Origin: an uncultured Eubacteriales bacterium
GTDB lineage: Bacteria > Bacillota > Clostridia > Lachnospirales > Lachnospiraceae
DNA: 57,544 nucleotides
Direction: 5' to 3'
NCBI GenBank assembly: GCA_902803205.1
Contig: CADCOW010000100.1
Location: 1-57,544, forward strand
Shown here: in pieces, positions 8,901-23,900 of the stretch
Numbering within the stretch: position 1 is the stretch's first letter
Layout of the letters: every line of letters starts with the position of its first letter
Notes under the pieces: model-generated
What the model was told of the DNA's origin: nothing
The model's input: only the letters and a program-made list of their open reading frames with translations
The model's database searches: none
Made by a program: the position numbers and the translations under genes

Positions 8901-11900
8901 GTCATAAGATAATTATGGAAAGTAGCCAATCATTATTTGCACTTACAGGTGATTGCTACATCTGTGATTGTCAAGCAACACATGGAACTATTGAATATAC
9001 TGCTACTGAATCTATAATACCAAGAACAACACTTACTGGAAGTTTATTTAACTTTAGAGCATCAGAGAGTTCTATAGGTTCTGGAGTATATGTTGACAAC
9101 ACATTAAGCATATTTGGAAGAAATGGTGCAGATGCAAATCCATATATCACATTCAATAATTTAAGAATAGGAAATGATGATTCTCAAGGATTTGTAACTG
9201 GACTTAATAGAAATGATGTAGTAAGTGCAATTAGAATTGAAAACGTTAAATTTTTAGATGAGTATAATGATGGCACAGTCCATAAGAGTGAGAGAACTAT
9301 TGAACGTCCTATAATGAAAGTAGCAGGAAATGCCGCATTTGACAATCTTGTAGTTGACGGAATTAGTTTCAATAATAGTGGAAATTCAATTATAGATTTA
9401 AGTGAAAAAGATGATAGTACAACTAATGAATATAATATAAGAACTGGTAAATATATCAATAATCGTGTTGCAAGTGGTGGTTCATCAGTACTTAGAATTT
9501 TGGCAAAAAATGAATCTAATATACTTATACAAGATGACCAAAACAATGCAACTGATGAAGGTAGAGTTCATGTAAAGAACAATGTTATAAGAGACTATGC
9601 AGTATTTAGATTTGGATATGTAGATTCAACAACAAGAAATAATCCATCAAAAGCTAAATTTACTATGAAGTCAGTTGACTTTGATTACAATACAGCAATG
9701 GATGTAGTAGGTGTTCCTCAATATGATGTAAATGGTGTAGCACTTTTACTTGAAAACTTATATGGTTCATCACAAACTAATATGTATTCTATAGCTGATT
9801 GTAAGTTTATAAATAATGGATATAACATATATGATGGTGCAGGAAATTATAGCAATTATGATATGGCATTGAATGCAAATCATAAGATTTTAGGTGCTGG
9901 TATATGTATGATAGGAGACCAGACAGGTGGTTGGAACAATATAACATATACTGATTTAGAAATTAATGAAACTTTATTTGAAAAGAACTTTGCTTATAAA
10001 GGTGGAGCTATATACTTGAAAAATTCAAGAGGTATAAGAGTTCAAGGTGAGACAGTAGATGCTGAAGATGCATTCTTTAAAGGAAACTTTGCGGATGAAG
10101 GTTCAGTTCTTTATGCTGATTCAGAGGACTCTACTATACAAGGTAAAGGTTCTATAGTATTTGTAAGTCAAAGATTCTTAAATAATGGTATAAATTATGG
10201 AGCTGCGGGTGCAGTTGTAGAGGGCAATTCAGTAAAACAAAGCAAGAGTATGATTTATTATGCTGGTATAGGTAATAGCAATACTGATGGTGCAAGCTAT
10301 ATACAACTTCGTTTTATAAGCCCAACTATGAAATATAATTATGCAAATGATGGTTTGATAAAAGTTGGTAATGCAGGTTCAACAGTAGAGCCATATTCAG
10401 TTGTAATATCAGGAACTGATGCATCTGGTTCTATAGAGTATAATGGTCTTTATTCACAAACAAATACAGAGGCATACAGAACTTACTATGGTGGACCAGT
10501 GTTCTCATTCTGTAATGAAGTAGGACATAATCCAAGAATTAATATGTTTGAAAGAGATATGAATACTCTTGAATTTAATGTAAGATACAATTATGTAGGT
10601 GACATAGATAGTGATGGTAGCCATAGAAGTGCAGTTGAAAATGGATTACGTGCAGTAGAAGCAACTGCATCTATGATATTTGCAGGTAAATTTGTTATAA
10701 GAGATAATTTTGCAAAAGCAGCTGATGGCACATTTAAACAAGCAAATGTTGAAGTTAAACCTTCATTTACATTTACTTTAGATGACTCAGTAGATGCAAA
10801 CAATATGTATATATTCTTTAATACCAATAATTTAACTGAAGAAATGCCACTTATTAGATGGAGTGGTACAGGTGATGCTTGGCTTGCTAATCCATCAATA
10901 GAGCATATATATAATGATAATAAAGCACCAGTTATAACAGATGGTCTTCCATTTAGTAAAGATGGAACAACTGAGCATAGAACTATAGAGAATTTAGATA
11001 GACCAACAAATGTATCTGGAGATTATTCAGTAGTATATAAAGGTGATGATAAACAACTTTATATAGGTAGCCTTCAAAATTTTGCAAAAGCAATTTATGC
11101 AGTTGGAGATTATAAATTACTGACTGGAGAAAAATCTTGGACAGGACCGGAGGGACAAAGAGCTCTTGCACTTTATGGAAAGAGAGGTGCTACAATTACT
11201 TTTGACCAATATACAAGTACAGATGTTCCAAATAAAGTATTTAATGGTTTTGAAAAATATATGACTGAGCCAAATGGTAAAGGTTGGGATGCAAGAACAG
11301 ATGGTAATGATTATGTAGGAAAAACTGCTACAGGTGAATATAGAACTTGGGGATTTATTATAAAATCATCTGGAATAGTTACTACAGGATATGATGAGAC
11401 AAGTTATAAAGTAGATGTTGATAATACTGAACCAGGACATATAGATTATATATGGTATACCACTCACAATGCTCATGAGGGTTTAGATGTTGTAAGCAGT
11501 GATAGATCAGCACACGGCACATTTAATTCAGAATGGGTAGCTGCATATAGTCAGGCATTCCTTAGAACAACTTATGCAGGAAGTAGAACAAGTGGTGATA
11601 AATTAAATAATCCAGGCATAACTTCAGTTGATATAGCTCTTATGACAGATATAAGACTTGAAGAAGCTATAACAGATAAAGAAGGTATGAATATCTGTCT
11701 TAATGGACATGTATTATTTGCTCCACAAAATGACAATGTAGTTCGTCTCAAATCAACTTCACTTGATCAAGATAGCACTGCAAAGAAAATTGCAATTATG
11801 AATTGTCAAACAAATGACCTTACAGGTATACATGGATATCAATCAGCTACATTAGATGATAATAAGAGGAGAACTGGTTCAATTAGGCAACCATTATTTA

Positions 11901-14900
11901 AGATAGAAGGACTTGATAGTATAGGTGTTGCAAATAATGAAGCAACATTATATATAGAAGGTGTAACAATAGGTTGGTTTGATTATACAGGTTCAGAAGA
12001 TGGTGCTATAATACAAGCTTCATATTCAAATATATATATAAGAAAACATACTGGAACTACAGAAATAGATACAACTATATTATCAAATAGCAACAATGCA
12101 TTTACTGGTAATAATGTAAGTTTTAGAGGACATACTCCTATAAGCCTTTTTGATACAAGCCTTGAATTAAAGAATCTCACTGTAAAAGGTTTAGGCACAA
12201 CTAATGGAACTGATGAACATGCTCCTGCAAATCTTGGTGAAAATGGATTCATACATATGTATGGTTCAGGAACTATGCCAGATACATCAGAGTGGAGAAA
12301 TAAAATTACAAAATCATTTGCAGGTGACCCAGATTCAATAGCTATTAAAGATATAACACTTGATAGTGTATATTTCTCATCTGATAAGGCATTCTTCAAT
12401 CTTGAAGATGTAATGTCATCAAACACAAATGAAGGTGATATAATAATTGAGAACATAGAAACTAAAGGTACTGGAGTTCACAATAAGAAAGACAATGCAA
12501 AAGGAGGATTATTCTATATTTCAGTGCCATCAGACAATGGTGTAGTAACAAGAAACTTTAATTTAAAAGGTGCAAACTGGAATAATAATACAGGATTTAA
12601 TAACGAAACTTATGGTTCTGGTGCACTTATATATGTAGAAGACTTTAAAGCAAACTTAAGAGATAATTACTACAATGTAACATTTACAAATCAAGAATTT
12701 AAAAATTTCTATGCTGCAAAAGATGGTGGACTTGTTTACTTTAATACAAGTGGTATTTGGGATGCAAGATTAAATGTATTATTTGATTACCCACTAACTG
12801 CAAATATGTCTATTCATGACATAAAAGCAGGAAGAAACGGTGGATTAGTATATATGGGACAAACTAATTGGAATTCAGACCACAAAGTTAAGAATAAACT
12901 CACATTTGAAAAGACAGCAAACGCAGATAATATAAATATGTATTTATATAATATAGAAGCTGCAGAAAAAGGTGGTGTATTCTACTTAACTGATACTATA
13001 TTTGATACAAGAAAAACAAAAACTACTGGAGAAACTGGAAAATCTCCAAGAATGATAGTTGGTGTTGATTCTACTGGCACAGCACTCCCTGTAAAAGCAG
13101 CAGATGGTGCATACTTATATCAAAAGAGATCTATAACAACACTTAAAGATATAACTATAAGTGCAACTAATGAAGCAAGTGCAGTAGGCGGCTCTATAGT
13201 ATATGTAGATGGTTCAGAGATTCCACTTACAGGTGAAACAAGAGACTTAACACAAATGCATGATTCTATCACATTTGGTGGATATGAAGCAGGATTAGAA
13301 GCTACTTATCAAAACTTATCATTCTATATTGATGATGATAGAAACTACTATAATACTACTAAAGGTGCAGTAATTATAGGCACTTATTCAGATATGTATT
13401 TGAATGGAACTGTAATTATGAGCGATAAGAGAATATTTACTAACCACATAGATAAATCAGAAGTATTATATATTCGTGGCGTAGGTCTTAATAATGAAGA
13501 CTTAACAAATCTTGGAGTTGAGAGAAAGATATTAGCTAACTTCAGAGCAAATGATAGAGCATTAACAAATACAGATGATGCATCTACAGTAAATGGTTCA
13601 GTAATATATGGTTCAGTTGAAAGAGCAGATAGAATGCTTCTTAGTGGTTGGGTTGTAAGTGCATTGAACTTTAAAACTTCTATCTTCCCTTCATGGCAAT
13701 ATTACCAAGATGACCACTCAAAGACTATGAATACTTATGAATCAGGTTCAGCTGCTGATGCAAACATACATATAGGTTATACAGATGCAGTTATAAAATT
13801 CGTAACAACAAAACTTGACGACCCTAATCATCTTTATGAATTCCGTACTGCGGAAGGTGCTGGTATGGGTTCTGCAAAACTTATAAGTGGTGTAACAGAT
13901 GCAGAGTTTAGAACACTTGCAGTAGATGCTTCTGGAAGAAGTGCTGATGATTTACTTGGATTTGTAGCATATAGAAGTAACTCAACTGGTTCAAGTAAGT
14001 GGATTGGAAAATATATAGTTGATGAAAAAGATCCAGTAGATAATAGAGACCTTGGATATATATATGTAGCAAATCAAGAGAACTATGTAATAGCTGTATG
14101 GAAAGAAGAAACAAACATACCAGATGTAACTTTATTTAATGATAAATATGGTGAAACTGGATATAGTTTAGTGCAACCAAATCTGGGAGCAACAACTGGA
14201 CTTAGAAATTTTGTAAAAACAGAATTTTATGAGCAATTGTATTATACAGATGATACAGTATATGGATACAATGTAATTAATAATTTACAAGATGCTTGGA
14301 CTGTATTTGGAACTGGTGATAATACATCTGGATATACAGTTATATCATCAGGTTCTATTGCAGAGCCTATAATAAATGATGAAGAAATCATAGTGATGAA
14401 TGGTAAACAAATTTTCAAAAACTATGATACTCCTATTTATAATAATAACAACGGAACATTTGTTCTTTACAATAATGATACAACTACTGTGACTCTTGAT
14501 AATGGAAAGATAGGACCAAATAGAACAGCAGAACACATCACACATAATCTAATTTCAGCTAAAAATGTACAAATAGTTGGTAAAGTAAGATTTGATGGTC
14601 TACATTTTGAAGATGGCTCTGATGTAAGCCTTGTAGATATGCTTCAAGATGATTTAGGAAGTTATGGAACACTCCATATACTTGGAACAAATTTTGAAAA
14701 CATAACAAATCTTAAATTAAATCTTGCAAATGAACAACCAACATATATTTATGATACTGAATTTGATAATATGACAGGTCCTACTACACCAATATATTAT
14801 AAAGATTTTGATACTACAAGTAGAACAACAAGCACTATAAATATTGGAACTATGTCATTTGTAAATTCAAAAGTTCATAGTGTAATAAGTGTTCCTGGAT

Positions 14901-17900
14901 ATGCAACAAGTGAAGCTGATGAGACAAGATTTGGTGATGAGTTACTTATGATTGATAATTCAATATTCACAAATATTGAAGGTGCATACAATCATACTAT
15001 GAGTAGCGATGTTCGTTCAACAGATAGCTCTATATTAAGAGTTCGTAATGGCTTAAGTACTTATCAACAAGAAGTCTATTTGAGAAATACAAAACTTTCT
15101 TCAAATAAGAATTTAAATAGCATAATAGGTGTATATGGACATACACTTATGCTTGATACTTGTGAAGTAAAAGACAACACTGTAGAAATAGGTGAATATA
15201 TTATAGCTCAATATAAGGCTGATAACATTGTAGGACTTAATTATAGAATTAAAAATTCAACTATAACTAATAATATACTTACTGAATTATCAAGTGCAAA
15301 TGCTGGATACATAATTTATCAAGATTATGTAGATAGAAGAGTAAGTGACAATAGTTCAACAATTGCTATTTCTATGAACTTGATTGCTTCTACATCAATC
15401 ACAAATAATAGAGCAAATGCCGCTATATATAATAGTGATATAAGAGGTGGTGGCAGTGCTTCTATGAACTATTCATTTGGAGGTTATGTAGATATCACTA
15501 AAAATGTAAGACCAATAACTGGAAATCCAGAGTATAACTTACTTGTAAAAGATTCAGCTGCCTTTGTAGCACAAACTATAAACTTTGTTGGCAATAATAC
15601 AACACCTGGTCTTCCAGTAGATTTAAATGACCTTATATCATCAAAATCTACTATCGGTGTAAGAATGGAAGGCACATTCAATCCAAATGATGTTAAATTT
15701 ATAGCAAATGAAACTTGGATAGATGAAATTAAATCATTAGGTGCAACATATCAGATATTCAAATCTGATGATGATACACTTATACCTGTTAAACAAAATA
15801 ATAGTATTGTTTTGATGAAGAAGACAGAGATTTATAACTTAAATGTTGTACAAACTAATTTTGAGCCAAATGAAGACAATGTATCTGTAGATACACAATA
15901 TTTAAGACAAGATAGTGACAATGATATTGAAACTATAGCAGATAAACCAATTGACCCAGTAAGCGAAGTTCTTGACCATACATTTGACTCTTGGAGACAA
16001 GATAAACACTTAAAACAAGAGTATAGATTTGGTAGTGGTGGAACTCAACTTGAAGGTGAGGGAGTGAACCCAAGAATTGCTACTATCTATGGTTTGTGGA
16101 GAAAATATATAAAAGTAACTATAGTAACAAATAATGGTGGTAATGGTCTTGATGGTAATCCATTACCAGATGTAAAATATAATAATAGAGTAGTTGAGAT
16201 AGGTACTTATTCTGTTCTTCAAGGTAAGGCTTTAAGTAAGAGTGAGAAGTTTACTTATATTGATAAGACTTCAGGAACTGAGTATGAGATAACTGACCAA
16301 GTAATTCTTGCTACAAGAGCTGGACTTGAGAGATCAGGTATGTCTATGGCAGAAAATTGGTATACTGAAAACCATTTTAATGGTGGTCAAGGTGGTAGTG
16401 AATGGAAAGAAGAGTGGATATATGAAGATGATGTAGAGCATACTGTGATAAAAGATATGACACTCTATGTAAGATGGCTTGGTGATAAGAAGAAGATGAG
16501 ATTTGAGTATTATGATTCAGGTTCTACTTTATATGCTACTGGTTCAACTGCAGTGGACAATGTAAAAGGTGGTGACTATGACGACAGATATAATGCAGCA
16601 GTTGATGAATATTATAATGATGTAGTTGATGGCTTATTCACACCAGTTCGTTTTGGTTATAGATTTATTAATTGGCACAGTAGTCCATCAGAACTCTTTA
16701 GTGATGATAATGTTATCTACAATGGTAAACCATTTGTATGGACAGAAGATATAGTTGCTTATGCAGAGTGGAAACCAGCTACTTATAGCATAATCTTTGC
16801 TGTATCAGAAGAGAATAAAGAAATACAACACGAATCTGATGGTACACCAGATCTTGCTACAAGAGTTGAAGCTATACTTACATTTGATGAAGGACTCCGC
16901 AATTCTAAGTATAAATTAAATAATCCATTCTTTAAGAATGGTTATAAACCAACTGGTTATACATACGAGATGGATAAGAGACCAGATGATAGTGGAGAGA
17001 TAGAAGGAGTAGATACTCCACTTGGTAATATCAATCTTTATAATGCAGTTACAGTTCAAGAAGGTGATGAGTGGAAATTAGATAAAGGTGATCCAACAGT
17101 TGTATATGTAGAATACGAAGCAAATACATATAAGTTAATATTTGATACAAATGATGGAGCACTTGGAAATGGTGATACATATAAAGGTTCTAATCTAGTA
17201 TCGACTGCTTCAGAAATATTTGGCTCTGATTTCACTTATGATGCAGATACAAATAAATTTAGTGCAAACTTAGTATATGACACAGTAGTATCTGATAATA
17301 TTGAATTACCTGAAGCTATAAGAAAAGGATATACATTTGAAGGTTGGTACACAAACAAAGATAGAACTGCAGACCACAAGATAAATAATTCAGATACATT
17401 TAACTGGAAAGAAATTTCTACTAAAGCTCCAGAGTATACTGAATTTATAAAAGCTACTGATTCAACATTATATGCTAAGTGGACTAATAATATGTACAAT
17501 ATAGAATTTGTAGCAGCTGAAGATGAAGATTTAAGAAATAGTATAACAGTAGATACAACAAAAATAAAAACAATTAATGGTGTTTACTTTGATGCCACAG
17601 AGTCTATAACTATTCCAAATATATCTGGAACTGATGGAAATTACTTATATAAAGTTGATGGTTATGTATTTGAAGGTTCAACTGTAGATTATGAGGACCC
17701 AGATGACAATACTTATGAAGATGTACTTATACCTCATGCTACACAAAATATAGTATTTGATGTAAATAAAGAATTTAATAACTTGAAGATAGAAAACATA
17801 GGAGAAGGAACTCCAACAGTTAGAGTTGTAGGTAAGTGGAGAGAAAGACAATACGAAGTTCATTATAATGCAAATCCACCAGCAGGAAAAACTCTTGATG

Positions 17901-20900
17901 CAGGAGAGATAAATTATGCTACAGATTCTCTCACATATACAGAGAACTATGCTATAAGAATGCCATCAAATGAAAACCCACTTAAGATTACTGGATATAG
18001 ATTTGTAGGTTGGGCTACATTTAGCGAAGCATCAGCAAGTATAGCAGATGAGATTAAGTATAAGAGTGGAACAGACTACAATGAAGAAAGTAGACTTGCT
18101 GCTAAAGAACAATCTATAGTAGGCGATGAAAACGACAAAGTTGATGTATATAATCTCTATGCAATTTGGCAAAAGAGTCCATATAAAGTAAACTTTGTAG
18201 TGGCTGATGAAGGTGATGTAGATAATGAAGGTGTAGAAGATTATATCTTAGAAGATAAAGACTTTGAGCAATACTTCTCAGCAGACTTTGATTCTGTACA
18301 AAAATTCAATGCACTTGGATTTAAAGTACCTGGATATACATTTAAATATTGGAATGATACAGCGCCACTTGCTGGCAATAGATCAACATATAGTGATGCG
18401 TATGAGATACCAGCTCATTATAGTATAAGAAATGGTAGTGAAGATGAGACTATAGAAGAAGTAACACTCTATGGTAAGTGGTCTCAAAATAAATATACAA
18501 TCTACTTTGATGTAGAAGTACCAAAGTCACCACTTGCAGGAGTAACAAATGTATATAAAGGTTCTCAATCAGAAATAGTTGCAAAATATTATGATGAGAT
18601 AGATATAGCAGCAAGATATGCAGCTGAACCTGTAACTATAGATGGATATGTACTTGATTACTGGGAAGATGAGTATGGCAATAGATATGTATATGATGAA
18701 GAAAGCATTGATGGAAATATAGTTACTCAAATGGCTTCAACTGTATCAGATGCAGAAAGATATAAATTAACTGCTCACTTCAAGAAAGCAGAAGTACATA
18801 TAGAATTAAATCAAAACTGGGAAGATGCAGTAGAACTTCCAATATTCAATACTGTATTTGATGCAAGCTATAGTGAATTGCAAGAACTTCCAAAACCTGT
18901 AAGACCTGGATACAAGTTTATGGGTTGGACAAGAAAATTAGCAACTCCTTATGAGATAGTAGCAAGTGACAAATATGTATTAGGTAGTGATATAGTAAGA
19001 GCTACTCCAACTAATGCTGATAGTGATGAAGTTCTCTATGCACACTGGAACCACATACCTTATAAACTTACATTAGATTCAGGAAAAGAGACAGGCTTAT
19101 CTGGTTTAGTTCAAACTGGTACATACTCAACAACCAATAAAGCAACTATGTCAAGAACAGTAAGATATGAGAGAGTTATCGGTGAAAGAGGCGAAAGAGA
19201 TGAATATGTAGAAGAATTAGCTGTACCAGAACTTGCAGGATATAGATTTAATGGATATCAATATATATTAAATGGTCTTGAAGAAGAAGCTGATAAGAAT
19301 ACAGAATATTGGCAAACAAGTGATGGAACTATTACTGCATTATGGGAGCCAATAGAATATAAAGTAGAATTTGTAAAAGGTGCAGATGATGCTGAAGGAC
19401 AGATGGCTACTATAAGTGTAGTATATAATGAACTTACATCACTTACACCAATAGATGAGACAGGACCACTTGATCAGACATTTAAGAGAAAAGGATACTC
19501 ATTTGATTATTGGGAGAATACTAACTTTAATGCTGAGAATCTTAAGAATATAAATGCATATAATGGTTCGTTAAAAGTTCTTGCTTCATATTCAGATGCT
19601 GCTGATATTGGACACTTAACTGAAGTACACAATAAAGTAGTTACATTCAAAGCTAATTGGAAAGAGCACGAGTATGAGATAGAATTTAATAAGAATGTTC
19701 CAACAGTTACTGGACACCCTGAGATAGTTAATGATGTAAAGGGTGATATGGAAAATCAAGTTCTCAAATATACAAATAGTGAAAATAAGAAACTTACAAA
19801 GAATGTATATAAACTTGATGGATATGAGTTTATGGGTTGGGCAAGTAGATCAGATGCTACTATAGCAGACTTTAGTGATGAAGAAGTAGTTCATAAACTT
19901 GCAGGTGAAGGATACGGTCCAGATGGTGATAGAGATAATATTGATCCATTTGTATTATATGCTGTATGGAAAGCTAAAAAGTATAAAGTAAACTTTAACT
20001 TAAATGATAAAGATGAAAATGCATGGGGTTCTACAACAGCAAGTGAAGTTTATAAGAATGATGGAACTCCTGTAGATTTCAATAGAAAGAATTATGAATT
20101 AGAATTTACTTATGATGAGCCAATTGGTACACTTGTGGGTAGAGAAAATGCAAATCTACCAAACTTAAGAGCAGGTGAAAGAACTGGTTATGAATTTGTA
20201 GGTTGGGCATCAACTATAAGTAATATAGTACCAAAAGATGTAGCAAGATCTGCAAGAGCTGCAGCATCTTTAACAAAAGATACTATATTTAGAGCTACTT
20301 CAAATGTGACATTCTATGCAATGTGGAGTAATAAAGAATATAATGTAAATTACAATATTTATACAAGAAATTATACTTCACCTGGTGATGTACCTAACTT
20401 AGTAATACCGGAAGGTAGAGATAAGGTTTACTTTGACTGTGTATTTGGAAGTGATGGAGAACGTAATGGCATAATATCAAACCCAGGTGTGCTTCCAACT
20501 TCAGATGGTGGACAGTTTGCATTTAAGGGTTGGTATTATGATCAAAAATTCTATTTAAATGATGATTTAGTTACTATCAGAGATATAGCATCACCAGCAG
20601 AGAGTACAAGAGTATTTAATAATGATCCAGTATTTAACTATGATTTATATAAGGCAATTATAGCAACTTGGTCATGGGCAGATATACCTGCATCAGGATT
20701 TAATATCAATGCTTGGTATGCAGGAAAGAGTAGATCACTCTATATCAACCCTAATGGTGGTGAAATCTGGTTTGGTGGAAAGAGCAATACAAGAACAGTT
20801 GGACATAGATATAAAGCTACTGATTCATTTGTTGCAAGTATAGATGTATCTATGAATATTAAGATAAATGAAGCAGGCTTAGATGCACTTCCAGAAAATA

Positions 20901-23900
20901 ATAATACTTGGTTCCAAGATGCTGCTTTAGACACATTCTTAAGTGATAATAAAGATGCTGTATATAAAGGTGGATATACATTTAAAGGCTGGAGAACAGT
21001 AAGAAATACTGAAGGTCGTGGTGCTATGGTACCAGGATATATAACAAATGACATACCACCAGCAGGATATACAGGATATTGGTCAGATGCAGAAGATTCA
21101 TACATTAAAGCAGAATGGGAAGCAAGAAGATATCGTATAACTTATGATGTAAATATACCTAAGAAACCAGGCACAAATCAAGATGCTTCAACAAGAGATT
21201 TACTTACTTGGAGACATCCAGACCCAACTATGTCAGTTGATTCTGCACCAGATGATAAAGAAGTAACATTTGATACAGTTATACAACCAGCAGCTGGTGA
21301 AGTAGCTACATTCTCTATACCAGTTCTTCCTGGATATACATTCAAAGGTTGGTATATATATCAAAAAGATAAGAACAATAAATTAGTAAAGACAAGACTT
21401 GATGAAGGTGTACATACTTGGAAATATGTTGACTTTGAAAAATTCTATGACCCACAAGGTCAAAATGAATACTACATAGTTAGTGCAGCATACCCAGCTA
21501 TATCATACTTCCCATCAGGTGAAGTAAGAGAAGTGAAACCTCTTAAGATATATGCAGAGTGGCAAGCAAATGAATATGTACTTGCATTTGATGGATATAA
21601 AGGTAATGCTGAGACAGATTACTCATTTAGATTAAATGGAAAGACATATACAAGCACAAGTCAACTTGCAACTGTATCAATTACATTTGATACAAAGATA
21701 CCAAATACAAAATGGCCAACAAATATAACTAGAGAAGGCTATGATGCTATGGGCTGGTTCGCAATAAGTGGTGACTGGCCACAAGCAGATACTTGGAATA
21801 TGACTAATACTCACTGGTTTAGACCTGTTAAAAATTCAGAAGATTCATCAGTAGTAGTCGGACGTGATATCACAGAGTATGGACTTGAATTAGTAAGAGA
21901 TTATAATGCTACTACTAACCCAACTGATAATTTATATACTATGAATAACTTTACAGGAACAGTGACATTAAGACCAGTATGGTACCCAAAACAAATAGCT
22001 ATAGAGTGGGATGCTACTTATTCTACGGCATCAACTTTGCCATTTGTAAGAGGTGCTCAAAATAAATATACAAGTTACATATTGTATAATGATGCCTTTG
22101 GCTTAGATAGAAATACTCGTCCTATAGGACCAAATGAAGAGTTAGGAATAACTAAGACTTGGCCAGATCCAAATAGAACTCATGATGGTACAATTATTGG
22201 TCAAACTATCGCAGCAGGAAATGTAATAAGATATCAAGAAGACCCAACAGAAATTTATTTACCAGGTTATAGATTTGTAGGATGGAATGATAAATCTACA
22301 AGACTTGGAAATGACATAACTTATACAACTATAGCAACTGCACCAAATTCAGCTGCTAAAAAGACTGTATATGCTAAGTGGGAACCAGTAGCTCATAAGA
22401 TAACATTTGTAGCTAATACAGGCGGAGATTATGGTTCATCACCAATAACTGGTATACCAGCAGATGTAAATGTTGTATTTGATGGAAAGGTACCTACACT
22501 TCCATCTCCAACAAGGGTTGGCTATAACTTCAAAGGTTGGTATACAAAAGATGGTGTAGATGGTGGAACTTGGAGTGGAGACTGGGGAATAGAAATAAAG
22601 AAAGATGTAATTTATAACTGGAAGGATAATAAATCTGCACTTTACGGACTCACAACAGCTGAAAAGGCAGAGTTCAATGACCCTAATAATCAATTTACTC
22701 TTACTGTATATGCAAAGTGGGAGCCAAAGAAATATAATGTAAACTTCTACTTAAATGATAGCCGTCAAGGAAGAGGTTCTACACAAGCGAAGTTTAATGG
22801 CATAACAGGTATAGCAGAAAATGCAAACCCAGGTACTCTTTATGTATATTATGACCATTCATTATATGTAAAAGATTACACTAAGAAAGAAGGTGTAAGC
22901 GGTAGAAATAGAACTAATAAAGAATTACCACTTGCAGCAAATCTTGTAAGAACTGGTTATACACCAAATTCAAATACTTGGAACACTAACCAAGATGGTG
23001 TGTCAGGAAGCATACTTGATTTTAATGAAGCATATACTACAAATGGAAATACAAACTATTATGCAAATTGGGATGCAGAAACTTGGAAGATAACATTTGA
23101 TAGAACTGTTCAATCATCACTTAAACCAAAATCAGCAAAAGAAGCTCAAGTAGCTATAAGACCAATGGTACATACAAGTGATGAAGATGCTATAACAAAT
23201 ATTAATCCAAAAGAAGTATTGTTTGATACACCAATAGTAATAGATGAAGCAGCAGAACTTATAAGTACAAATGCAGGGGAAGAAGTTGTAGGTTATACAT
23301 TCAATAAGTGGTGTATAGATAAATCATACAACTTAAACAGAAGAACTTATAGATCAAATGATTCAATAACTATCAATAAATCATTGTTAGATCTTAACTA
23401 CATAGTAAAGGATGAACAAAATAAGACTATAACTCTTTATCCAACATTTGTAGAAAATGATATCATTATAAGATTTAACGATAACTATGATACTTACGAG
23501 GTAGAAGCATCACCAAGTCAGACATTAGACTTTGATCCTATAAGAGCATCATACAATGAGTTAGTTAATATATTAGACCCTATGGCTCATGGATTTGATG
23601 GAGCAAATAGAACACTTGAGTTTACAGGTTGGAGCACACATAAAACACCAAGACTTGCAAATACAGAACTTCCAGAGTATCCAATTTCAAATAATAATGA
23701 AATTAATGTAACAAGACTTGCAGGTAGTGGAGAAGTAACTCTTTATGCACACTGGAGACCAAAGAGATATAAGATTGATTATGAGAATGACAATAAGAAT
23801 ATTTCTTGGAATAGTATAACTGCAGATGTTCCTACTTGGTATGATGCTACACCTATGATAGAAAAAGTTGTACCAGGTGTAGGAGATGAAGGAGCACCAA

